Of a DNA stretch of 64,000 nucleotides, positions 36,631 to 48,659 are shown one piece after another. A model generated the notes under the pieces. The model worked only from the letters and a program-made list of their open reading frames with translations. It made no database searches and was not told the origin of the DNA. The stretch comes from Squalus acanthias (Eukaryota). Numbering within the stretch: position 1 is the first letter of the stretch; every line of letters starts with the position of its first letter. The stretch spans positions 310,001 to 374,000 of the forward strand of contig CM059433.1 in assembly GCA_030390025.1 (NCBI GenBank). Direction: 5' to 3'. The translations under genes and the position numbers were made by a program.

Positions 36631-39600
36631 ATGTTGCCTCCCTGGTGCAAGGGTCAAGGATGTCTCGGAGCGGCTGCAGGGCATTCTGGAGGAGGAGGGT
36701 GAACAGCCAGTTGTCGTGGTGCATATAGGTACCAACGATATAGGTAAAAAACGGGATGAGGTCCTAAAAGCTGAATATAGGGAGTTAGGAGGTAAATTAA
36801 AAAATAGGACCTCAAAGGTAGTAATCTCAGGATTGCTACCACTGCCACGTGCTAGTCAAAGTAGAAATAGAAGGATATTTCAGATGAATACGTGGCTAGA
36901 GGAATGGTGCAAGGGGGAGGGATTCAAATTCCTGGGATATTGGAACCAGTTCTGGGGGAGGTGGGACCAGTACAAACTGGACGGTTTGCACCTGGGCGGG
37001 ACCGGAACCGATGTCCTAGGGGAAATGTTTGCTGGTGCTGTTGGGGAGGGTTTAAACTAAAATGACAGGGGGTTGGGAACCTGTGCAGGGAGACAGAGGA
37101 AAGGGAAGCAAGGATAGAAACAAAAGGCAGGAAGGAGAAAAGCAAAAGTGGAAGGCAGAGAAATCAAGGGTGTAAATCAAACAGGGCCACAGTAAATAAT
37201 AATTCTAAAAGGACTAAAAGTGTTAAAAAAGCAAGCCTGAAGGCTTTGGGGGAAAAATTCAGCTGCTTGCGCCTCCCGTTAGCGCCTTAAGAGGGCGCTA
37301 ATGGGGCGTAAAGCAGCTAACGCCCGGGCGCAGCGCCGCCCACGCCTCCCAAAAAATTTAGTGGGAGGTTAGCGGCGGCGGCAGCCGGTAGTGCCCTGTG
37401 GCGCTGCGCCGCTGGCGATGATGTCATCGCCGTGCGCAGCACCCCGCTCGCGCCCCGGCCGTGATCTTCAGTCGCGCCCCCTGATTTACCGCCAGACGCT
37501 ATGTCCGACGGGTTCAGGGAGGCGTACGTGCGGCCGGGGCGGCGATATTTAAAGGGGAGGTGGCAGGCGGCCATTTTTGTTGCTGGCCGCCTGCCAGCAC
37601 CTGCCCCCGTTGCTGTCCCCGGCCCCCGTGAAGCCCCCCCACCGTGAAGTGCCGGCTGCGCTCCAAGAGCCCGGCACTTCTCTTGAGTGCCGGGCTCTTT
37701 TGCCGGCACTCCCGATCCCTGGGGGCCCAGCTGGGCCCCGGTTCGCGCTGCGCAGGGTCCCTCCCCTTTAAGAAGGGGAGGAAGGCCTGCAATACCGCGG
37801 CGCGACGTGCCGCAGCGCGTGGCGCTGCGGCACGTAGCGCCAGGATATTCACTCGCAGCGCCCCAAGAGGGATGCGGGGTGCTTCCAGTGGCGCCCCGCT
37901 TCCCTCTTGGGGCGCAACCACTGAAGTTCCGGCACGGGGCCGCTAATTTTTTCGGGGCGCTAAAAGTCGCGCCCCGGCGAGGTTAGCGCCCCAAATGGGG
38001 CGCGACTCAATTTTTACCCCAGTGTCTTAATGCGAGGAGCATTCGTAATAAGGTGGATGAATTAGCTGCGCAAATAGATGTAAACGGATATGATCTAATT
38101 GGGGTTACGGAGACATGGCTCCAGGATGACCAAGGCTGGGAATTCAACATCCAGGGGTATTCAATATTCAGGAAAGACAGGCAAAAAGGAAAAGGAGGTG
38201 GGGTAGCATTGCTGGTTAAAGAGGAGATTAACACAATAGTAAGGAAGGATATTAGCTCTGATGATGTGGAATCTGTATGGGCAGAGCTGAGAAATACCAA
38301 GGGGCAGAAAACGTTAGTGGGAGTTGTATACAGACCCCCAAACAGTAATGCTGAGGTTGGGGATGGCATTAAACAGGAAATTAGAGACGCGTGCAATAAG
38401 GGCACAGCAGTTATCATGGGTGACTTTAATCTACATATAGATTGGGCTAACCAAATTAGTAACAATACTGTGGAGGAGGAATTCCTGGAGTGTATACGGG
38501 ATGGTTTCCTGGACCAATATGTTGAGGAACCAACCAGAGATCAGGCCATCTTAGACTGGGTATTATGTAATGAGAAAGGATTAATTATCAATCTTGTTGT
38601 GCGAGGCCCCTTGGGGAGAAGCAATCATAATATGATAGAATTCTTCATTAAAAAGGAGAGTAAAGTAGTTGACTCAGAGACTAGGGTCCTGAATTTAAAT
38701 AAAGGAAACTACGATGGTATGAGGCACGAGTTGGCTAGGATGGATTGGGGAATGTTACTTAAAGGGTTGACGGTGGATAGGCAATGGCAAACATTCAAAG
38801 ATCGCATGGATGAACTACAGAATTTGTTTATCCCTGTTTGGCATAAAAATAAAACAAAAAAGGTGACTCAACCGTGGCTAACAAGGGAAATTAGGGATAG
38901 CATAAGATCCAAGGAGAGGACATATAATTTGGCCAGAAAAAGCAGCAAACCTGAGGATTGGGAGCAGTTTAGGATTCAGCAAAGGAGGACAAAGGGATTA
39001 ATTAAGAGGGGGGAAATAGATTATGAGAGTAAGCTTGCAGGGAACATAAAAAGTGACTGTAAAAGCTTCCATAGATATGTGAAGAGAAAAAGATTGGTGA
39101 AGTCAAGCGTAGGCCCCTTGCAGTCAGAATCAGGGGAATTTATAATGGGGAACAAAGAAATGGCAGACCAATTAAATACATACTTTGGTTCTGTCTTCAC
39201 AAAGGAGGACACAAATAACCTCCCAGACATGTCGGGGAACATAGGGTCTAATGAGAGGGAGGAATTGAATGAAATCAGTATTTGTAAGGAAATGGTGTTA
39301 GGGAAATTGACGGGATTGAAGGCCGATAAATCCCCAGGGCCTGATAATCTACATCCTAGGGTACTTAAGGAAGTGGCCCTAGAAATAGTAGATGCATTGC
39401 TGGACATCTTCCAAAATTCTATAGACTCTGGAACAGTTCCCATGGATTGGAGGATAGCTAATGTAACCCCACTATTTAAAAAAGGTGTTAGAAAGAAAAC
39501 GGGGAATTATAGACCGGTAAGCCTGACATCGGTAGTGGAGAAAATGCTAGAGTCCATTATAAAAGACGTAATAGCCGAGCACTTGGAAAACAGTGACAGG

Positions 39601-40922
39601 ATCGGACAAAGTCAACATGGATTTACAAAAGGTAAATCATGCCTGACTAATCGAATGGAATTTTTTTGAGGATGTAACTGGTAGAATAGATAAGGGAGAA
39701 CCAGTGGATGTGGTGTATTTGGACTTTCAGAAGGCTTTCGAGAAGGTCCCGCATAAGAGATTAGCGTGCAAAGTTAAAGCACATGGAATTGGGGGTAAGG
39801 TACTGATTTGGATAGAGAACTGGTTGGCAGACAGGAAGCAAAGAGTTGGAATAAACGGGTCTTTTTCCGAGTGGCAGGCAGTGAATAGTGGGGTACCGCA
39901 GGGATCGGTGCTAGGACCCCAGCTATTCACAATATATATTGATGATCTAGACGAGGGAACTAGATGTAATATCTCCAAGTTTGCAGACGACACAAAGCTG
40001 GGTGGGCGTGTGTGCTGTGAGGAGGATGCAGAGAAACTCCAGTATGATTTGGACAGGTTGGGTGATTGGCCAGATGCAGTATAATGTGGATAAATGCGAG
40101 GTTATACACTTTGGTGGCAAAAACAGGAAGACAGATTATTATCTGAACGGCAATAGATTGGAAAAAGGGGAAGTGCAACGAGATCTGGGAGTCCTTGTGC
40201 ACCAGTTGCTGAAGGTAAGCATGCAGGTGCAGCAGGCGGTTAAGAAGGCAAATGGTACGTTGGCCTTCATAGCGAGAGGATTCGAGTACAGGAGCAAGGA
40301 TGTCTTGCTGCAGTTGTACAAGGCCTTGGTGAGACCACACCTTGAGTATTGTGTGCAGTTTTGGTCGCCTTATCTGAGAAAGGATGTTCTTGCCATGGAG
40401 TGAGTGCAGCGAAGATTTACCAGACTGATACCTGGGATGGCAGGAATGACGTATGAAGAGAGATTGGGTCGATTAGGCTTATATTCGCTAGAGTTTAGAA
40501 GAATGAGAGGGGATCTCACTGAAACTTATAAAATTCTAACAGGACTAGAGACTAGATGCAGGAAGGATGTTCCCGATGGCGGGGGAGTCCAGAACCAGAG
40601 GTCACAGTCTAAGGATAAGGGGTAAGCCATTTAGGACTGAGATGAGGAGGAATTTCTTCACCCAGAGATGAGGAGGAATTTCTTCACCCAGAGAGTGGTG
40701 AACCTGTGGAATTCTCTACCACAGAAGGCAGTTGTGACCAATTCATTAAATATATTCAAGAAGGAGTTAGATATATTTCTTAAGGCTAAAGGGATCAAGG
40801 GATATGGGGAGAAAGCAGGGACAGGGTACTGAGTTTGGATGATCAGCCATGATCTCATTAAATGGCAGAGCAGGCTCAAGGGGCCGAATGGACTACTCCT
40901 GCTCCTATCTTCTATGCTTCTA
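36631..40922 (+). mobile_element. CR1 LINE truncated within ORF1; ORF2 disrupted
   Basis: ORF1 esterase half ends 37060. ORF2 pieces at 38053-39669, 39704-40084 and 39981-40403. 26-bp tandem duplication near 40639-40692. Tail ends at about 40922. Confidence 0.93.
37248..38020. mobile_element. Non-autonomous Harbinger-like element inserted in CR1 ORF2 start
   Basis: TIRs gggggaaaaattc / aatttttacccc. The terminal regions match 10003-10897 in inverted orientation. It interrupts the LKAL|CLNARS coding sequence. Confidence 0.82.
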
Positions 40923-41022
40923 TATATTATTTTAAAAACCATGTAATTCATAATCATATTAATGGAAAAATTTGACATTCCACAAGTATAAAATTAGTTT
41001 TCAGGGCCAGAACGGTTCAATT

Positions 41023-41302
41023 CGCCATTAAGAACCCAGTTACACCTCTTTCAACAATGCTTAAGTTTTTTGCGGGGTGGGGCGGGGGAGGTTAACAGTG
41101 ATATTCCAGTATAATCGGGGAAGTTTTCGTATTTCAGTATGATTTGAATTGATTGCCAGCTCTGGGGAGTTCCACAGGGCAACCTTTGGCGGAGCAGGGA
41201 ATGACCGACTGCAACTTCTGGATTTACACGTTTATCTGCGCAAGCGCTAAATCCTGAAGTTGCTGTCAGTTCCAGAGGGGTAATGATGGCAAAATCCAGG
41301 CC
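41023..41302. mobile_element. Short degenerate MITE
   Basis: Ends gggccag... / aaaatccaggcc; the internal motif resembles 61850-61890. Confidence 0.4.
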
Positions 41303-41431
41303 AATAAGTTTAGTAAAGAAAAATGGGGATTCTTACACTTTGCCTTAATTACTCGATCAAAGTATTCTTTTAAATTATATATATATTCATTTTTGTTATA
41401 GATTGGTCGAAAAGAAAGTGCTTAATTTGCG

Positions 41432-41565
41432 AAAAGCAAAATATTGCAGTTGTTGGAAACCTAAATTAAAACAGAAATTGCTGGAAATACTCAGCGGGTG
41501 GGCAGCATCTGTAGAGAGAGGAAAAGGTCAGGTTCACGTTTCAGGTCGATGACCTTTGATCAGAA
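41432..41565 (-). mobile_element. Short repeat with degenerate hammerhead core (second family)
   Basis: Minus strand reads uu-CUGAUCA-a-agguc-auc-gaccu-GAAA-cg-UG-aac; second copy at 27293-27396. Confidence 0.6.
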
Positions 41566-41730
41566 ATGTTTCATCTGCTCCTCCTTTTAATAACAGCCAG
41601 TGGAGGACAACAAGCTCTGAACATTCATCATTTTCCCGGAATTTCATCAGCAACAGAGCGGCTGCTGCACTCCGCGGCCACAAGATGGCGCCACAACGGA
41701 ATCCTCGGTCTGCGGACCGGCCACTCGGAG

Positions 41731-42388
41731 CAGAATCTCCGCAAAGGCAGAGTCTCCGCACAAAGTCTCCGCAAAGACAGAGTCTCCGCACAAAGTCTCC
41801 GCACAAAGTCAGAGTCTCCGCACAAAGTCTCCGCACAAAGTCTCCGCACAAAGTCAGAGTCTCCGCACAAAGTCTCCGCAAAGGCAGAGTCTCCGCACAA
41901 AGTCTCCGCAAAGGCAGAGTCTCCGCACAAAGTCTCCGCAAAGTCAGAGTCTCCGCACAAAGTCTCCGCAAAGTCAGAGTCTCCGCACAAAGTCTCCGCA
42001 CAAAGTCAGAGTCTCCGCACAAAGTCTCCGCAAAGTCAGAGTCTCCGCACAAAGTCTCCGCACAAAGTCAGAGTCTCCGCACAAAGTCTCCGCAAAGACA
42101 GAGTCTCCACACAAAGTCTCCGCAAAGTCAGAGTCTCCACACAAAGTCTCCGCAAAGTCAGAGTCTCCACACAAAGTCTCCGCAAAGGCAGAGTCTCCGC
42201 ACAAAGTCTCCGCACAAAGTCTCCGCACAAAGTCTCCACAAAGTCAGAGTCTCCGCACAAAGTCTCCGCAAAGTCAGAGTCTCCGCACAAAGTCTCCACA
42301 AAGTCAGAGTCTCCGCACAAAGTCTCCGCAAAGTCAGAGTCTCCGCACAAAGTCTCCGCAAAGACAGAGTCTCCGCACAAAGTCTCCG
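41731..42388. repeat. Compound minisatellite (11/13-bp subunits, about 30-bp higher-order unit)
   Basis: agtctccgcacaa and agtctccgcaa units with ag(t/g/a)cag linkers. Confidence 0.95.
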
Positions 42389-42519
42389 CGCTGCCACCAA
42401 AGTCAGTGTTGCTTCTTCACCCACCCACTGACCCCGGGCTTGCAGCAGAACCTTTGATGACTGGGACATAAACCGCGGTGACATCAAAGACCCGGCCCCG
42501 CGGCCGCTCGATCTTCACC

Positions 42520-43886
42520 GGGGTCCTCGCCCAATGGGCGGGTCCATGGGTCCCTCGCCCAATGGGCGGCGAGCTGGGCAGGACCATCACCCAATCAGCA
42601 GCGGGCTGGGCGGGTCCTCGGGCCCCTCGCCCAATGGGCGGCGGGCTGGGCGGGACACCTCGTCTCTTGCCCAATGAACGGCGAGGTGGGCAGGTCCCCG
42701 GGTCCCTCGCCCAATGAGCGGCGGGATGGGCGGGTCACTAGGTCTCTCACCCAATGAGCGGCGGGCTGGGCGGGTCATCGGGTTCCTCACCCAATGAGCG
42801 GCGGGCTGGGCGGGTCCCATGGTCCCTCGCCCAATGAGCGGCGAGCTAGGCGGGTCCTCAGGCCCCTCGCCCAATGAGCGGCGGGCCCACGGGTCCTTCG
42901 CCCAATGAGCGGCGGGCTGGGCGGGTCCCTGAGTCCCTCGCCCAATGAGCGGCGGGCTGGGCGGGTCCCTGAGTCCCTCGCCCAATGAGCGGCGGGCTGG
43001 GCGGGTCCCTGAGTCCCTCGCCCAATGAGCGGCGGGCTGGGGCGGGTCCCTGAGTCCCTCGCCCAATGAGCGGCGGGCTGGGGCGGGTCCCTGAGTCCCT
43101 CGCCCAATGAGCGGCGGGTCCACGGGTCCTTCGCCCAATGAGCGGTGGGCTGGGCGGGTCCACGGTCCCTCGCCCAATGAGCGGCGGGCTGGGCGTGTCC
43201 CTGAGTCCCTCGCCCAATGAGCGGCGGGCTGGGGCGGGTCCACGGTCCCTCGCCCAATGAGAGGCGGGCTGGGCGGGTCCCTGAGTCCCTCGCCCAATGA
43301 GCGGCGGGCTGGGGCGGGTCCCTGAGTCCCTCGCCCAATGAGCGGCGGGCTAGGCGGGTCTCTGAGTCCCTCGCCCAATGAGCGGCGGGCTGGGGCGGGT
43401 CCACGGTCTCTCGCCCAATGAGCGGCGGGCTGGGGCGGGTCCACGGTCCCTCGCCCAATGAGCGGCAGGCTGGGGCGGGTCCCTGAGTCCCTCGCCCAAT
43501 GAGCGGCGGGCTGGGGCGGGTCCCTGAGTCCCTCGCCCAATGAGCGGCGGGCTGGGGCGGGTCCACGGTCCCTCGCCCAATGAGAGGCGGGCTGGGGCGG
43601 GTCCCTGAGTCCCTCGCCCAATGAGCGGCGGGCTAGGCGGGTCTCTGAGTCCCTCGCCCAATGAGCGGCGGGCTGGGGCGGGTCCCTGAGTCCCTCGCCC
43701 AATGAGCGGCGGGCTGGGGCGGGTCCACGGTCCCTCGCCCAATGAGCGGCAGGCTGGGGCGGGTCCCTGAGTCCCTCGCCCAATGAGCGGCGGGCTGGGG
43801 CGGGTCCCTGAGTCCCTCGCCCAATGAGCGGCGGGCTGGGGCGGGTCCCTGAGTCCCTCGCCCAATGAGCGGCGGGCTGGGCGGGA
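42520..43886 (+). repeat. 35-copy 40-41-bp minisatellite, each unit containing CCAAT and most a GGGCGG GC box
   Basis: Unit tccctcgcccaatgagcggcgggctggggcgggtccctgag; 35 CCAAT counted between 42531 and 43866. Confidence 0.97.
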
Positions 43887-43889
43887 GGC

Positions 43890-44006
43890 GGGCTGAGACG
43901 GAAAGCTGCGCCGTTAACCAGCCGAGAGCCGCTCCGCGGGGGACGCGAATCTAACGGACGATCTGATGGTTTCACGGTGAGACTTCAGGGAGGACAGAGA
44001 GAGACG
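43890..44006 (+). other. Candidate first exon of an unidentified host gene
   Basis: Unique CpG-rich sequence directly after the CCAAT array. Donor acg|gtaagg at 44007 (alternative acg|gtgaga at 43977), followed by a GC-rich intron start. Confidence 0.5.
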
Positions 44007-45669
44007 GTAAGGCTTTTCCCGGCCCGGCCCGGCCCGGCTCCCTCAGCCTGCCGGGCCCGGCCGCTCCCTCAGGCGCGGGAGTCCGGTGCTGGAACTGGCG
44101 GGGAAAGTGCGTCAAGCGGGCTTTGGGCTCCCGGTCTGAGGCGGCTGGTGCCCGTCACCCCGTGACCCCGGGCCCCCGGGCCCCCAGCACCATCATTGGA
44201 GCCTCGAAACTTTTATCAGCGCCTTGTGCGCGTTCAAATAAAAATGTTAACTTCTGCCCATTTTGCCAGGTTTAAAATCCGAGCCCGGTTTGATTTTGGG
44301 CACTGGTTTGATCGGCAGAGCATGGCCATTGCTGCAGGGGTGGCAGTGCATTGAGCTCATTTTGCCACAGTGGCATTTCTTGTTGCCTGGAGATGAGCAG
44401 AAAAGATCAAAGCTGTTCTCTGGTGTCAGTGTATGGTTACACGTATCCAGCCGTGATATTTATCACATTGAAATGAATATAGTCTGAAGACTTTTTTTAA
44501 AATGGGTTAATGATGGTTCAAAGAAATGATGCTGTACGTCAGCACCACCGGCACTGTTTTGCAAGTGAGGTGATTTGAGCAATATTATCTTGCATACATG
44601 TGCTGGGTTATACTCTGTGATCAGAGGCCCTCTGGTTTCCTCATATTTGGGGTGTCACTGAGCATGCCGAGGTCTGTGTGCACTGTGCAGTGATCTTTGA
44701 GTTTTGGAGGCGTTGTGCTTGCTGTGTGACCTATTTCACCCAGCTGCACACTGAAATTTAATTACAAGTGAAAATATTCAGTCATGAGGGAGGGGAGAGG
44801 AGGTGGGGATGGGGGGATCGGATCTGCTGGCAGTTAGATTAAGTTTATGGTGCATTGTAGGTTCCAGCTGTTATATTAGAGCAAATAGCATCAGTGTGCA
44901 ACCCCTTTATTGAAAGTTTGATTGGAGATTTTGATTTTTTTAAAGTGCAGTGTTAATGGATTTATCCTGACGTGTGTAAATTCAACACTAACTTGATATA
45001 CTTAACAGTGTAAAGTATACTACCTTTATTTTAGAATTTGCTGTAAATGAGGATTCACTATAGTCTTTCCTGCATTAATTCATTTATTTTCTTCATTCAA
45101 AATTTCACCATGTAATTAAGTTTTCTAAAATCTTCCCTTTACTGTAGCTCTACTACATCGCACATCACATGTCAACTTCAATTTCATCAACTCATTCAAA
45201 CATGTTTTCGCCATGTTTCTCTGTTATCTTTCCTCATTTAACCAGTTTTAACCTGTGTGGCTTGCATGTGTTTCCCATTAATCCAAAAGGACTTTCCTGC
45301 ATCCCAACTACTCCTCTTCGGTTTATCATTCTCACACGCACATGCCTGCCTCTTCTCATGATCATTTATACCTCTAATTCTGTATCTACTATTTCATCCA
45401 TATTCCATTTTTTGAATGCTGGTCTCATTTCATAAGAACATAAGAACATAAGAAATAGGAGCAGGAGTAGGCCAATCGGCCCCTCGAGCCTGCTCCGCCA
45501 TTCAATAAGATCATGGCTGATCTGATCCTAACCGCCAATCTACTATCTATCACAGAACCATCTCCTGCATCTAACAGAATTGCACACACGAAATAGGAGC
45601 AGAATCAGGCTACACAGTCCCTGGGCCCGCTCCACTACCCACAGGGCCATGACCGATCCGAACCTAGAC

Positions 45670-48621
45670 TCATGTCCAAATTCCTGCCCGCTCCCCGTAA
45701 CCCTTAATGCCCTTTACTTCTAGGAAACTGTCTATTTCTGTTTTAAATTTAATTAATGTTGTAGCTTCTACAGCTTTTTGTGGCAGCATATTCCATGGAC
45801 CTACCACCCTCTGAGTGAAGTAGTTCCTCCTCATCTCAGTTTTGAAAGAGCAGCCCCTTATTCTAAGACTATGTCCCCTAGTTCTCGTCTCACCCGTCAT
45901 CGGGAACATCCTCCCCGCATCCACCCGATCCAACCCCTTCACAATCTTATATGTTTCAATAAGATCGCCTCTCATTCTTCTGAACTCCAATGAGTAGAGT
46001 CCCAATCTACCCAACCTCTCCTCATATGACCACCCCCTCATCCCCGGGATTAACCGAGTGAACCTTTTTTGCACTGCCTCGAGAGCAAGGATGTCTTTCC
46101 TTAAGTAAGGACACCAAAACTGTATGCAGTATTCCAGGTGCGGTCTCACCAATACCTTGTACAACTGAAGCAATACCTCCCTATTTTTATATTCTATCCC
46201 CCTAGCAATGAAAGCCAACATTCCATTTGCCTTCTTAATCACTTGCTGCACCTGCATACTAACCTTTTGAGTTTCGTGCACCAGGACCCCCAGATCCCTT
46301 TGCACTTCAGTACTCTCCAGTTTCTTGCCATTAAGATAATAAATTGCTCTAGGATTTTTCCTGCCAAAGTGCATCACCTCACACTTTCCAGTGTTGTATT
46401 CCATCTGCCAAATCTCTGCCCACTTACTTAGCCTGTCTATGTCCCCTTGCAGGTTTTTTATGTCCTCCTCACTCACTACTTTCCCTCCCATCTTTGTATC
46501 ATCTGCAAATTTTGATATGTTACACTTGGTCCCTTCCTCCAAATCGTTAATATAGATTGTGAAGAGTTGGGGACCCAGCACTGACCCCTGTGGAACACCA
46601 CTAGTTACTGATTGCCAGTCTGAGAATGAACCATTTATCCCAACTCTTTGCTTTCTGTTAGATAGCCAATCCTCTATCCATGCCAGAATATTACCCCCAA
46701 TCCCGTGATTTTTTACCTTAAGCAATAATCTTTTGTGTGGCACCTTGTCAAATGCCTTTTGGAAGTCTAAATACACTACGTCCACTGGTTCCCCTTTATC
46801 CACTCTATATGTTACTTCCTCAAAGAACTCCAGCAAATTTGTCAAACATGACTTCCCCTTCGTAAAACCATGCTGACTTTGTCCTATTAAATTATGATTA
46901 TCCAAATGTCCTGTTACTGTTTCCTTAATAATGGACTCCAAAATTTTACCTACCACAGATGTTAGGCTAACCGGTCTATAGTTACCAGCCTTCTGTCTAC
47001 TGCCCTTTTTAAATAAGGGTGTTACATTAGCAGTTTTCCAGTCTGCCGGGACCTTAGCGGAATCCAGGGAGTTTTGAAAAATTATTACCAATGCATCTAC
47101 AATCCCTACCGCCACTTCCTTCAAGACTCTAGGATGTAAGCCATCAGGTCCAGGTGATTTATCCGCCTTGAGTCCCATTATTTTACCGAGTACCACTTCC
47201 TTAGTGATTTTGATCGTGTTTAGCTCCTCTCCCCCTATAGCCCCCTGTTTGTCCAGTGTTGGGATATTCTTAGTGTCCTCTACTGTAAAGACTGATACAA
47301 AATATTCATTCAGTGTTTTTGCCATCTCCATATTTCCCACCATTAATTTCCCGGTCTCATCCTCTAAGGGACCAACATTTACTTTAGCCACCCTTTTTCT
47401 TTTTATATAACTATAAAAACTCTTACTATCTGTTTTTATATTTTTTGCTAATTTACTTTCATAATCTATCTTCCCTTTCTTAATCAATCTTTTTGTTATT
47501 TTTTGCTGCCTTTTAAAGTTTTCCCAATCCTCTGTCCTCCCACTAGATTTCGCTACCTTATATGCCCTTGTTTTTAGTCGAATACTATCCTTAATTTCTT
47601 TACTTAGCCACGGATGACTGTCCTTTCTTTTACACCCTTTTCTTTTCAGTGGAATATATTTTTTTTGGAAGTTGTAAAATAACTCCTTGAATGTACACCA
47701 CTGATCATGTGTCGTCTTACCCTTTAATCTATTTTCCCAATCCACTCTACTCAATTCCACTCGCATACCTTCATAGTCTCCTTTATTCAAGCTTAGCACG
47801 CTTGTTTGAGATCCAACCTTCTCACCCTCTAATTGAATATGGAATTCAACCATGTTATGGTCACTCATTCCAAGGGGATCCTTTACTAGGACATTTTTAA
47901 TTAATCCTGTCTCGTTACACAGGACCAGATCTAAGGTTGCTTGCCCCCTGGTCGGTTCAGTTACATACTGCTCAAGAAACCCATCCCTAATACACTCAAT
48001 GAACTCATCCTCAAGGCAGCCCTGCCCCATTTGATTTGTCCAATTAATATGATAGTTAAAATCCCCCATAATTATAGATGTTCCCTTATTACATGCCTCA
48101 ACTATTTCCTGATTGATACTCCGTCCAATAGAGTTGCAACTGTTCGGAGGCCTATAGACTACGCCCACTAATGTTTTTTTCCCCTTATTATTCCTTATCT
48201 CCACCCAAACTGTTTCATTATCATGATTTTTTGACCCAATATCATTACTCTGTATTACAGTGATTCCTTCCTTTATTAACATAGCCACCCCACCTCCCAT
48301 TCCTTCCTGCCTGTCCTTCCTGATCGTTAAATAACCTGGTATGTTTAATTCCCAGGCATTGTCACCCTGCAGCCATGTTTCTGTAATGGCCACAATATCA
48401 TAACCATATGTAGTTATTTGTGCCATTAACTCGTCTATTTTGTTACGAATGCTACGTGCATTCAGATAGAGAACTTTCAAATATGCTTTGTGGCACTTAG
48501 TTCCTGCTTTTTCACTTTTTACCAGTTTACCTTTTACTCCACACACTCTGTCCCTTCCTGCCACGCTCTGATTTGTGATTCCCCTACAGCTACCTATGTC
48601 TATGACCCTCTCTGTTGTCAT
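45670..48621 (-). CDS. CR1 ORF2 protein: APE endonuclease + reverse transcriptase, 983 aa
   Basis: Open frame with [39 protein letters not shown] and FADD. Confidence 0.95.
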   Translation of the reverse strand: MTTERVIDIGSCRGITNQSVAGRDRVCGVKGKLVKSEKAGTKCHKAYLKVLYLNARSIRNKIDELMAQITTYGYDIVAITETWLQGDNAWELNIPGYLTIRKDRQEGMGGGVAMLIKEGITVIQSNDIGSKNHDNETVWVEIRNNKGKKTLVGVVYRPPNSCNSIGRSINQEIVEACNKGTSIIMGDFNYHINWTNQMGQGCLEDEFIECIRDGFLEQYVTEPTRGQATLDLVLCNETGLIKNVLVKDPLGMSDHNMVEFHIQLEGEKVGSQTSVLSLNKGDYEGMRVELSRVDWENRLKGKTTHDQWCTFKELFYNFQKKYIPLKRKGCKRKDSHPWLSKEIKDSIRLKTRAYKVAKSSGRTEDWENFKRQQKITKRLIKKGKIDYESKLAKNIKTDSKSFYSYIKRKRVAKVNVGPLEDETGKLMVGNMEMAKTLNEYFVSVFTVEDTKNIPTLDKQGAIGGEELNTIKITKEVVLGKIMGLKADKSPGPDGLHPRVLKEVAVGIVDALVIIFQNSLDSAKVPADWKTANVTPLFKKGSRQKAGNYRPVSLTSVVGKILESIIKETVTGHLDNHNLIGQSQHGFTKGKSCLTNLLEFFEEVTYRVDKGEPVDVVYLDFQKAFDKVPHKRLLLKVKNHGIGGNILAWIEDWLSNRKQRVGINGSFSDWQSVTSGVPQGSVLGPQLFTIYINDLEEGTKCNISKFADDTKMGGKVVSEEDIKNLQGDIDRLSKWAEIWQMEYNTGKCEVMHFGRKNPRAIYYLNGKKLESTEVQRDLGVLVHETQKVSMQVQQVIKKANGMLAFIARGIEYKNREVLLQLYKVLVRPHLEYCIQFWCPYLRKDILALEAVQKRFTRLIPGMRGWSYEERLGRLGLYSLEFRRMRGDLIETYKIVKGLDRVDAGRMFPMTGETRTRGHSLRIRGCSFKTEMRRNYFTQRVVGPWNMLPQKAVEATTLIKFKTEIDSFLEVKGIKGYGERAGIWT

Positions 48622-48659
48622 TTTTATTTTTTGCTCTCTTGAAACCTCCCCCCCACTAA

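Larger units (their letters stand above)
41650..44190. promoter_or_regulatory. CpG-island-like promoter region
   Basis: CpG-dense unique flanks (41650-41730, 42430-42530, 43885-44190). YY1-type CAAGATGGCG at 41681, CCAAT/GC-box array, and CGGAA at about 43899. Confidence 0.7.

Noticed and set aside
36356..37060. 234-aa ORF looking like a novel fusion protein
   Set aside because: It is a chance in-frame junction of an RTE-X-like fragment with a 5'-truncated CR1 ORF1, with no real start context.
41534..43975. Multiple 100-460 aa repetitive ORFs
   Set aside because: They arise from the two minisatellites, are open in several frames on both strands, and show no domain.
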